A DNA stretch of 64,000 nt from NCBI GenBank assembly GCA_002269645.1, contig NIVC01002777.1, positions 62,001-126,000 of the forward strand. Reading direction: 5' to 3'. The translations under genes and the position numbers were made by a program. The DNA is from Macrostomum lignano. Taxonomy: Eukaryota. The number at the start of each line of letters is the position of its first letter. The stretch's first letter is position 1. Below are positions 51,434 through 61,879 of the stretch, one piece after another. Under the pieces are notes generated by a model. It was not told the origin of the DNA. It ran no database searches and worked only from the letters and a program-made list of their open reading frames with translations.

Positions 51434-52201
51434 CTGCTTGCCCGCATTGGCCTCGGCGCAGTCGGCAGCCAGAAGGTCCTCGAGCTGCTGCGTGCGAGCC
51501 ATCCAGCTGTGTGCGCCAAGTACAACACAGACAGCGGGTGTTCCGATGCCCGCTGCCCCGACATTCACATTTGCAACAACGCGCTGCACAGGGAAAACAA
51601 GCTGGCTAAGCAGCTGTGCCCCTGCCACAGGCGGCACGTCCTGGAGCCCGCCGCCAAGGACCCGGAGACGGCGGCCAAGCTGGCCAGGTTCGGCCTGGAC
51701 GACAGCAACCTGAACTTCCTCGCCAGATCCTTCCTGGTACCCGCTGCGCTGCGAAACTCCCTGCCTACCATGGCCGGTGTCCCCGGACCCGCCCCTGCGC
51801 CCGCCCCTGCGCCCGAACCTGAGCCCACCCCGAGCCTGCCGCCCCCGCTGCCGGACGTGTCGGCCCTCGGCCTCGGCCTTCGCCCCGCCTACGCCGCGCT
51901 GATTCGCCGCAGCGGCCGAGCCGCACTGTCGGAGCTGCTGGCCGACCTGAAACTGCCGAGCGACTTCCCGCTGGAGCAGTGGCGGGACAGCATCGACGAG
52001 TTGATGAAGCCGCTGCAGAGCATGATTGACATCTACAAGGATGCTGTGAGCAGACAGCCGGTCAGCGTGAATGTGTTTCGCCGCTTCCGCATCTGCCCGA
52101 TGCACAACGGGGCACCGAAGTCCTGCCAGAATGCGGACTGCTGCCAGCTGCACCTGTGCCTGTGGTTTCTGGCCGACCCCGACGGCAAAGTGCATGATAA
52201 G
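51434..52201 (+). CDS. ZAP-like copy B, exon 2 (fingers 3-4 of module 1; HTH plus fingers 1-2 of module 2)
   Basis: CCGCAG|LLARIGL...DGKVHDK|GTGGGT; 768 nt, phase 0-0. Confidence 0.88.
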
Positions 52202-52756
52202 GTGGGTAGATGCACTTTAATTATGTGGATCAATATCCCCTTCCTGCAATCAGTCTCATCCAAATAATGAAGTGGAAACAGCATGAAGACTGTTTTGCGA
52301 CGTGACTAGTCAACAACTAACGAGTCTGGAAGAGGGTTCCTTCATAAATCTAGGAGCCCATTTTTTTTAAATATCAACGTACCCCGTCGGGAAATAATTG
52401 TCCCTTAACGGTGTCAAATGGCACACGAAAAAGGGAAAAAAATTTTAAAAAATTCTTGATTCGTAACAAAAATTCGCAGTTTTAACTTTTCCACAACTGT
52501 GCAATGTGTTCCGTTTGGCACAGTAATATGCTGATTAGCATAACTGTGCCAATTGGAATAGTAGTGCTTAGTTGGCAGAATTGCAGACTTTGCTGGGACA
52601 ATTATTTCCCACCGGGGCCGTAGCGCATATTATTAAACAGACGCTGGCTCAGGGGTCAGCAAAGCACCCGTTGGTGGAAAACAGCTGAGTCAGAACTGAG
52701 GATAGAACTGTAAGAAATGTTTTGAATAATAAAAATATCGACGGCTATAGCTTTTT

Positions 52757-53465
52757 GCAGCCCATTTGGGCTTACGCTCATTGAATTTAATCCAATACGT
52801 TTGCCAATATAATGGAGCTTTTGTCTATGGTAGCAAGGCTGGCACAGTGGCATTCAATTTGGTCCAAACGCTCGTGAGCCAGTCGGCCAAGCTCTTGAAT
52901 TCTCGCAACCATCTGTGGGCTGTTGTGTACCGCTGGAATGTCAGCGTCTCTACCGACAATTTTTAGTCGCTCTTCCAGATCTCTGCTCATAGTCGAGATC
53001 TGATAACCAACTGGAACTGTTCCTTCAACTTTTGTTGCATTTCGGCAACGTCAACAAGGGTTCGACTCAACTGCATCGAGTAGCAGTTGGACTTGAGGCT
53101 CTTGAGCAACTTGCCTTGGCGATTGCTATCCTTTTGCAGGCGAGCTCTGTCGGCAGTGGTTTTAACGCGCTGATTGATGCTGTAAACCATCTTTTCTTTT
53201 ACATTAAGCAACCTTGTAATGTCATTTGGGTGTTCAATCAGAAGCCAATGGCATTCGTTCGAGTTCGAGACAGTCTAGCATATGGTCCACAATTCTGGGG
53301 CTGATCTTGCTCCTCGGAAACAGTTGCTACGGACCAAATTGATGCTTGTTGTTGGACCAAATTAAATGATGCTGTGCCACCCATTTGCTACCATAGACAA
53401 AAGCTCACTTTGGCAAACGTATCTCGGATTAGATTCAATAATATGTGTAGGCCCAAATGCGCTGC
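52757..53465. repeat. Imperfect inverted repeat (about 110-bp arms, 52757-52867 and 53352-53465) in copy B intron 2
   Basis: Arms share GCAGC.CATTTGGG, ATACGTTTGCCAA, GAGCTTTTGTCTATGGTAGCAA and AATTTGGTCCAA in opposite orientation. Confidence 0.8.
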
Positions 53466-53514
53466 GAAGAGTTTCTTTGTAACCACTAGCAAAATATAAT
53501 TAATCTCCTATTAG

Positions 53515-54393
53515 GCAAAATGCCAGCTATGTCACGACCTATTCGGTCGGAACCATCGGATTCGACAGGCGCTGGGCATTGGTGTGAAGTACAAACAGGC
53601 CGATATTATTAGCCTGCTACGTGCATGTCATCCGAATGTCTGCTTAGACTACAACACTGAGCCGGGCTGCAGCCGACCCAGCTGTCCCTACATCCACGTG
53701 TGCAACAACGCTCTACGCTCCGGCCTGCAGGCTAGCATGGACAAGGCTAATAAAAAGCAGACACAGATCACTTGCGCCTGTCTTAGGCAGCACAAACTGG
53801 AGCAGGACAGCGTGGCAAAGCTGCAGGCCTACGGGCTGGCTGACGAGAAGCTCAGTCTTGTGTTTCGCTCCTATCTGGTGCCGGCTGCGCTACCGAGACG
53901 CGCTAAGGTCGATCCGCCAGCTAAGCCAGCTAAATTCGATAAGGCCAAGGCTAAAGAGGCCACAGAATCCAAACAGAAGGCTGCTAAAGCTGAGGAGAAA
54001 CCAACTGCTAAAAAAGCCGCCCCGAGCCTGCCGCCCCCGCTGCCGGACGTGTCGGCCCTCGGCCTCGGCCTTCGCCCCGCCTACGCCGCGCTGATTCGCC
54101 GCAGCGGCCGAGCCGCACCGTCGGAGCTGCTGGCCGACCTGAAACTGCCGAGCGACTTCCCGCTGGAGCAGTGGCGGGACAGCATCGACGAGTTGATGAA
54201 GCCGCTGCAGAGCATGATTGACATCTACAAGGATGCTGTGAGCGGACAGGCGGTCAGCGTGAATGTGTTTCGCCGCTTCCGCATCTGTCCGATGCACAAC
54301 GGGGCACCGAGGTCCTGCCAGAATGCGGACTGCTGCCAGCTGCACCTGTGCCTGTGGTTTCTGGCCGACCCCGACGGCAAAGTGCATGATAAG
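53515..54393 (+). CDS. ZAP-like copy B, exon 3 (fingers 3-4 of module 2; HTH plus fingers 1-2 of module 3), absent from copy A
   Basis: CTATTAG|AKCQLCHDLFGRNHRIRQALGIG...HPNVCLDYN...CPYIHVCNN...DGKVHDK|GTGGGA; 879 nt, phase 0-0. Confidence 0.87.
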
Positions 54394-54489
54394 GTGGGAG
54401 ATGCGTTTGACTTGTGCAATTTGATTTGATCAATATCCCCTTCCTGCAATCAGTCTCATCCCGCAATTGAGTCTGCAACATGAAATTAA

Positions 54490-55472
54490 CTCAGCTCAGA
54501 ATCCCACAGTTCAGAAACCCACAGCTCAGAATCCCACAGCTCAGAATCCCACAGTTCAGAATCCCACTGCTCAGAATCCCACTGCTCAGAATCCCATAGC
54601 TCAGAATCCCACAGCTCAGAATCCCACAGCTCAGAATCCCACATCTTACAGCCCCACTGCTCAGAATCCCACAGCTCACAGCCCCACTGCTCAGAATCCC
54701 ACAGCTCAGAATCCCACATCTTACAGCCCCACTGCTCAGAATCCCACAGCTCACAGCCCCACTGCTCAGAATCCCACAGCTCAGAATCCCACAGCTCAGA
54801 ATCCCACAGCTCAGAATCCCACAGCTCAGAATCCCACAGCTCAGAATCCCACAGCTCAGAATCTCACAGCTCAGAATCCCACAGCTCAGAATCCCACAGC
54901 TCAGAATCCCACAGTTCAGAATCCCACAGTTCAGAAACCCACAGCTCAGAATCCCATAGCTCAGAATCCCACAGTTCAGAATCCCACAGCTCAGAATCCC
55001 ACAGCTCAGAATCCCACATCTTACAGCCCCACTGCTCAGAATCCCACAGCTCACAGCCCCACTGCTCAGAGTCCCACAGCTCAGAATCCCACAGCTCAGA
55101 ATCCCACATCTTACAGCCCCACTGCTCAGAATCCCACAGCTCACAGCCCCACTGCTCAGAGTCCCACAGCTCAGAATCCCACAGCTCAGTATCCCACAGC
55201 TCAGAATCCCACTGCTCAGAATCCCACTGCTCAGAATCCCACAGTTCAGAATCCCACAGTTCAGAAACCCACAGCTCAGAATCCCATAGCTCAGAATCCC
55301 ACAGCTCAGAATCCCACAGCTCAGAATCCCACATCTTACAGCCCCACTGCTCAGAATCCCACAGCTCAGAATCCCACAGTTCAGAATCCCACAGCTCAGA
55401 ATCCCACAGCTCAGAATCCCACAGTTGAGAATCTTACAGCTCAGAATCCCACAGCTCAGAATCCCACAGCTC
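54490..55472. repeat. 15-bp minisatellite (CAGCTCAGAATCCCA)n, copy B intron 3
   Basis: Direct reading; source of the NPTAQ/CGILS/WDSEL pseudo-ORFs. Confidence 0.96.
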
Positions 55473-55518
55473 AAAGTCCCTCATTAAAAATGCCCCAATG
55501 CCCTTCCGCATTCCTCAG

Positions 55519-57062
55519 GCGGACTGCAGGCTCTGCCACGACCTCAGCGGCCGCAACCACCGAATTCGCAGCGCCTTGGGCATCGCAGACGGCCTGAAAC
55601 AGCGGGAGGTGCTCAACCTGCTGCTAGCCAGCCACCCGAAGGTGTGCTCAGCCTACAACTCAGAATCCGGCTGTCAACAAACTGACTGTGCCGACATTCA
55701 CCTGTGCAACAACGTCAAGTTCAAGCAGTGCGGCAAGTGCCGCTGCCGCAGGCAGCACGTGCTGAGCATGGATGAGCAGACCAAGATGAAGCTGAACCCC
55801 TTCGACATGGACAAGATGGAGCCTGGTCACGTGCTCAGGTCTTTCTTGATTCCCGCCCCGCTGCCCAACACCAACCCAAACGAAAAACCCGAGCCTCCAG
55901 CCGTGGCCTCTCAGCAAGAGTTATCGAAACCAAAGGATTTGGCCCCTTCCGAGCAGGCCAAGGGCAAAAAGGCCAAGCCAGAAGTGCCCAGCCTATTAAA
56001 TATTAATGCCGCTCAAGGCGTCGGCTTAAAGCCGCAACTGCAGGAGCAGCAGCATCAGAAAAAGAAAAAGCAGAAGACTCCTTCTGTTGCTTCCGATTTA
56101 TCCAGTGAACCTGACACTGCTGGGCTAAAAAAACAACAACAGCGGCAGCAGAAGGCTGACTTGCAAAGCAAGCGCCAAAGCAAGCTGTCCGCAGGCAGTG
56201 TGCCAAACATTGCAAAGTTGAAACTCGGCAGCAGCCCAAAAGCTCAGCAAAAGCCGCCCGTTGCCTCAGCCGCCGCCAATCCAAAGGCGCCTCGTGCCGC
56301 TCCTAGCGAGGAAACCCTGTGCGAGGAGTTCCTCCGGCACGAATGCTTCTCCCAGAATTGTCCTCGGCGGCACTGCCCTCACAAGGTCCCTTATCTGTGG
56401 CAGTGGCGGGCCGCCCACTGGCCGCCGGGCCGCTGGCAGGACGTGGACGCCGCGCTGAACGAGCAGCTGGAGGCGGCCTTCTGCCAGCCCGACCGCTCCG
56501 ACTTAGTGACGGTCGGCAGCGGCGAGCTCGGCTCCGAGTTCCCCGGTCAGCTGACGCTGTCGTTCGTTGCCGGTTCGGCCGATAGATTCGAGATTCGGTC
56601 GGTCTCGGGACACCTGAAGCCTCCCGGCGGCCTCCGCTGCCTCCGCACGGAGAGCCGCGCCAGCCTCCACCGGCCCCTGGCCACCAACTGGCGCTGGTTC
56701 TTCCTTGGCAGCCACGGCGCCTGGAGCTCCGTTGAGATTCTTCCAGAGCCCGGCCTCAACGAAAAGCTCGAGGAAGCGTTTTGCCGCGGCGACTCCAGCT
56801 TGACTGTCGGGCAGTGCGGCTGCAAGCTCGACTCAATGCTCATCTCCATGCCCGGAGCTCCGCAGGAGATGCCGCTACGTCGCAGGCCGGCGCCACGGAT
56901 GCAACCGGTGACCCATCCGCTCATGTCGGTGCAACAACCGGGTCTGTTCTATCCAGGCCAGAACCCTGTCATGGGCATCGGCCAGCCGTCCATGTATCCC
57001 ACTATGCCAACCTACGGCTACTCGATGGGTCAGATGAGTGGCCAGCAGGGCCCGGTGCATAG
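55519..57062 (+). CDS. ZAP-like copy B, exon 4 (fingers 3-4 of module 3, K/P/Q linker, CCCH-WWE-WWE, Pro/Met-rich tail)
   Basis: CCTCAG|ADCRLCHD...; same finger-WWE-WWE as copy A exon 6; donor AG|GTGAGC in phase 2. Confidence 0.88.
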
Positions 57063-57479
57063 GTGAGCTCGTTTCCATGGAGTTAAACATCCAGTAGCTT
57101 GTGCTATTTTTTTTGTCGATATACTTTACCTTTAGGCTACATGCTATTTTCATATGATTCTTCATTTAACAATGGAAACCATTGAGTTTTGCATTGTTTC
57201 CGCTATGTACAGAGCCGACCTACATGGAGTGCCACTATACCAATTCAGGTATTTCAGCAGGCACATTAACTTCATTTCTTATTTAGAGGTTTTTTGGATC
57301 CTTTTTTCCTTCATTCAATTTTGTGACTGAAACTGGGCATATGCGCCCCCCGTTGGGGAGGAAACAAACAAATTGAATAATCTGCATGTAGATTTTCAAC
57401 TTGCAGTCACTTTTACTTTATTGAGGAAAATGGTGTTTAAAGTAAAAAAGCATCCCCACCCTGACAGCCAGCTGTCTAG

Positions 57480-58430
57480 CCTAAGATATCAGCATCCCCT
57501 ATGAGCTTTGGCTCAGACTCTCTGAGCAACTCCTCACAGCCACAGCATTTCAGAAATTATCTCATGATGCGTCACATCTTAGCAATTCCCTCCATAAGCC
57601 ACTGTCTTTCAGCAATACCACCCATGAGTCTTGAAAACTCGCCAATTCCCCCATGAGCCTTGACAACTCGCCAATTCCTCCATGAGCATTGACAACTCAG
57701 CCATTCCCCCCATGAGCCTTGACAACTCAGCTTCCCCCCCCCTCATGAGCCTTGACAACTCAGCCATTCCCCCATGAGCATTGACAACTCAGCCATTCCC
57801 CCATGAGCCTTGACAACTCAGCCATTCCCCCATGAGCCTTGACAACTCAGCCATTCCCCCCATGAGCCTTGACAACTCAGCTTCCCCCCCCCCCCCAAGA
57901 GCCTTGACAACTCAGCCATTCCCCCATGAGCCTTGACAACTCAGCCATTCCCCCCATGAGCCTTGACAACTCAGCCATTCCCCATGAGCCTTGACAACTC
58001 AGCTTCCCCCCCCCATGAGCATTGACAACTCAGCCATTCCCCCCATGAGCCTTGACAACTCAGCCATTCCCCCATGAGCCTTGACAACTCAGCTTCCCCC
58101 CCCCATGAGCATTGACAACTCAGCCATTCCCCCCATGAGCCTTGACAACTCAGCTTCCCCCCCCCCAAGAGCCTTGACAACTCAGCCATTCCCCCAAGAG
58201 CCTTGACAACTCAGCCATTTCCCCATGAGCCTTGACAGCTCAGCCATTCCCCCCAAGAGCCTTGACAACTCAGCCATTTCCCCATGAGCCTTGACAGCTC
58301 AGCCATTCCCCCCATGAGCCTTGATAAATCAGCCATTCCCCCATGAGCCTTGATAAATCAGCCATTCCCCCCATGAGCCTTGATAAATCAGCCATTCCCC
58401 CATGAGCCTTGACATCTTAGTGATTCCCCC
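57480..58430 (+). repeat. Conserved head plus about 28-bp minisatellite (CATGAGCCTTGACAACTCAGCCATTCCCC)n
   Basis: Direct reading; same family as 24660-24960. Confidence 0.9.
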
Positions 58431-58614
58431 ACGAGTCTTCTATGATTGACAGGACAATTCTTTTTGGCTGAACCCTACCTTGACCTCATGAGCCACAGCA
58501 ATTCAGCACTTTACCCCGTGTGCCTTTTTCTTTTTTTCTAGTATCTCACCAATTTTTTTAACATTAGTTTTTTATTAAAAACTATGTGACAATATTGAAA
58601 TTCAATCATTTCAG

Positions 58615-58630
58615 ACCTGGCGGACTTTAA
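58615..58630 (+). CDS. ZAP-like copy B, putative micro terminal exon (R-P-G-G-L-stop)
   Basis: CATTTCAG|A CCT GGC GGA CTT TAA fits phase 2, parallel to copy A; splice signals only. Confidence 0.45.
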
Positions 58631-59218
58631 ATTGCGCAACGGACTGAATGATCTGAAGTGATAATTAATACACACTGCCTATATTGACTCTATTTACACA
58701 TGGGTTGATATGGTGGATTTTATTACTTTTACACACAATCGCAAATTAACTTAGCAATTCCATACAGCGTTTTTGTCTAGTTTATTTATCGTCATAGATT
58801 ATACCATTATACAAGTAATGGTGTTCGCTTCCCCACTGGATATTTTCTGCAGCTACTAGTCTATCTCAAATACTTAAAAAATTAAGCGCTCATACTGATA
58901 CTATAATAGCGTATAATACATGACTAGATTCTTCAAATAAAAATGCCAATGAAAATTAAAAAAAGATGGCTAAATTCGTCATTGTTGTTTTCGAACTTCT
59001 ATTGTTAAAAACTCTGTAGAGTTTTGTACTCGTAAAATTCCATATTGAAGCCGATAGGATTGCGTGTGTATTTGAAGGATTGATGGGATTGATTAGCAAC
59101 AATTTAGAAGCTTGAGCAGATTAAAATGTTCAGAAATAATCGACACTTATTTACTGTTGTTAAGATTTAGAACAACTAGTAGGCAGTCAGTTGTAGAGCT
59201 TGGAGTACTTGAATGCCG

Positions 59219-59361
59219 TCACATGTACTGTTCGTCATCTTCATTGCCGTAGATGTACTGAAACATGACCAGCTTTTCCAGCACTTCTTTATATGCTTCT
59301 TTCTCCTCTCGGCTGAGGAATTCTCCTTCGGGGTCGATCTCATCTCGTAGGATATAGCCGT
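59219..59361 (-). CDS. SH3-like gene terminal exon
   Basis: TTTCAG|AC gives K-Y-G-Y-I-L-R-D-E-I across the splice, matching the hSH3 motif KYGYVLRSYL; ends DDEQYM*. Confidence 0.7.
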
Positions 59362-59439
59362 CTGAAATGTTTTTCAATTTTATCTGAATCAATAAAGCTA
59401 AAATACTACCAACTTTTCGACTACCTTTCAGGATCTCTC

Positions 59440-60250
59440 ACTTGTCAGTGTTGACCACAGATGTTCCATGACCCGTTGGCCCTACGCACAGCAAACTCAC
59501 ACTTGTCAGTGTTGAGCACAGATGTTCCATGAGCCATTGACCCTACACACAGCAGACTCACACTTGTCAGTGTTGAGCACATATTTTCCATGAGCCATTG
59601 ACCCTACACACAGCAGACTCACTTGTCAGTGTTGAACACAGCTGCTCCATGAGCCACACACAGCAGACTCACACTTGTCAGTGTTGAACACAGCTGCTCC
59701 ATGACCCACACACAGCAGACTCACACTTGTCAGTGTTGAGCCCAGCTGCTCCATGACCCATACACAGCAGACTCACACTTGTCAGTGTTGAGCACAGCTG
59801 CTCCATGACCCAAACACAGCAGACTCACACTTGTCAGTGTTGAGCACAGCTGCTCCATGAGCCACACACAGCAGACTCACACTTGTCAGTGTTGAGCACA
59901 GCTGCTCCATGACCCACACACAGCAGACTCACACTTGTCAGTGCTGAGCACAGCTGCTCCATGACCCACACACAGCAGACTCGCACTTGTCAGTGCTGAG
60001 CACAGCTGCTCCATGACCCACACACAGCCAGTGCTGAGCACAGCTGCTCCATGACCCACACACAGCAGACTCACACTTGTCAGTGTTGAGCACAGCTGCT
60101 CCATGACCCACACACAGCAGACTCACACTTGTCACTGTTGAGCACAGCTGCTCCATGACCCACACACAGCAGACTCACACTTGTCACTGTTGAGCACAGC
60201 TGTTCCATGAGCCATTGACCCTACACACAGCAGACTCACACTTGTCAGTG
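59440..60250. repeat. 52-bp minisatellite made of exon/intron junction copies, last intron of the SH3-like gene
   Basis: Each unit carries ACTGACAAGT|GTGAGT on the sense strand. Confidence 0.95.
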
Positions 60251-60524
60251 CCGGGCAGCCTGCCCAGAGCTCTGTTGCACTCTCCATCGTCGCCAAAGTA
60301 CTCCTTCCAGATCTCCACCTTCTCCCCGGCAGGCGGATCCAGCCAGACTGACCGGGACTTGCCGTCGACCGTGTAGCGCTTATTCTTGCCGTTTTCTATT
60401 ATCAAAGCTTTTTGCTTCTTAACAGCCGGTGTATTAACAGCATTTGAGGTGTAGACTGTGGCGATGAGACGGGTGCTCGGCATTATCTGCGATGGACAAT
60501 AATCAATTTTGTCTAATTCCTTTC
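60240..60524 (-). CDS. SH3-like (helically extended SH3, FYB/ADAP-like) domain exon
   Basis: ...LDPPAGEKVEIWKEY...ALGRLPGTDK resembles ADAP LQVKPGESLEVIQT...VLCRNEEGK; donor AAGT|GTGAGT. Confidence 0.65.
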
Positions 60525-61205
60525 CTAACAACAAAGATAACAGGGCACACTGTCACAAAAGGTCTTGAAGGCGCCTCAAAACTTAAGAGATAGAATCCTT
60601 AAGCTAAAGGATGCCTGCAGCGTCAGCAGCAGCAGCACATCCTGTACGGGTTGTAGGTAGAAAGCCTCAGCGCGGATGATGTGGCCTATCAGATGTCGCT
60701 GACGTTTTATTAAAGGGGTCGGCAAACTCCGGACTGCGAACCACATGGCGGCTCGCAAAGCTTCTCTATCCGGCCTTCGAGTTTTATAACTTCACAATAG
60801 CAATTCTTCTCATTTTTATTCCCTCAAACCAATCTTCCTAATCCTAACAAAATCTGTCTATTTACTTCGCTATACTTTTCTTTGATTCGCCATAGCTACT
60901 TATTAGTAGAGCGTCTTGCATTTTAACAGTTCTTTGCATACTGACTGGTTCTCTCGCATAGAATCCTTAGCTGTTGCTTTAATAATTTAATTCAAATATA
61001 GACCAGGCTTTTAACACATTAATCGCAAGGAAAATTGCTATGCACGTCAATTTGGTAAGCAAAGCTACACATTGCAAACATCGTTAAACTGTAAAGCGTA
61101 GCAGATTAGAGAGCTTGGAAAGCAGTAAACCGCTGCCAATTTGCGTAAATTTGTGCAACCCAGTGAGGCTTATGATTGAAAAAATTCGACCGTAAATTTT
61201 CTTAC

Positions 61206-61244
61206 ACTGGCTCCGTTGGTAGCCAACTGGCCCAGTACCACTTC
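61206..61244 (-). CDS. SH3-domain gene, possible micro-exon EVVLGQLATNGAS
   Basis: AAACAG|...|GTAAGA; exact 3' end (61206 or 61208) is uncertain. Confidence 0.35.
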
Positions 61245-61485
61245 CTGTTTAGATGCTGAATCTTAAACTATCTATCCTATACTGTAATGTAAAGGCCATG
61301 TCACTGGCTTTTCCTTTCAATGCATATTGCTTCTTTTGGAGAAGCTTGAATGCGATAGAATTGAGGCCGTTGCAAAAGCTTTGTTTATTAACTAAATAAG
61401 AGAATTTACATGAAGTTCTTGACAAGAGAGGTGCGGTCATTTAAAAACCATCATCTCTAAGATTTGGCAAAGAAAATTGACTCAC

Positions 61486-61603
61486 TTCGAAAAGAGATTT
61501 CACTTTTTCTGGCACGTCGTGCGGAAAATTCGATGTGCTTAGCAACTGATCAGTGCTTCCCTTCGATTTGTCCTTCTTCCGGTTGAGAAATGAGAGCGGT
61601 TTT
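61486..61603 (-). CDS. SH3-domain gene, internal exon
   Basis: TTGCAG|A KPLSFLNRKKDKSKG...PEKVKSLFE|GTGAGT; phase 2 in, phase 0 out. Confidence 0.6.
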
Positions 61604-61879
61604 CTGCAATTTCACATGGTGAATTCAGCGACCACAAGTGCACTTCATATAGTGATTGCATCAAGTTGAAAAAACGCGCACGCTTCTAGACTTATAACAA
61701 ACCTTAATACGAGCTACGTGTACATGTAGATAAATCGAAAAATATGATCATACTCTGATAGTAATTTAATCTTTCCTGTTGATTGCATGCATGGCCTTCC
61801 GTGAAAGACCTGCGAAAAAGCTCTTGTGCTCGTAAGCGACTTTGACTAAATTGAATGAATTAAAATCATCTTAATTAGA

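Noticed and set aside
54467-55597. 376-aa NPTAQ mucin-like ORF and the CGILS/WDSEL antisense ORFs
   Set aside because: 15-bp intronic array; the same array in copy A is much shorter and out of register, and the flanking GT/AG splice restores a zinc finger
59425-59481. Extra exon ending CTGAAAG|GTAGTC in the SH3-like gene
   Set aside because: All phase combinations tried introduce a stop or frameshift; the direct 60240-59361 splice yields the KYGYIL motif
60576-60790. LINE 3' remnant (LIGHIIRAE) and a hAT terminus fragment (AGGGGTCGGCAAAC)
   Set aside because: Short single-ended fragments without boundaries or TSD; not enough to annotate
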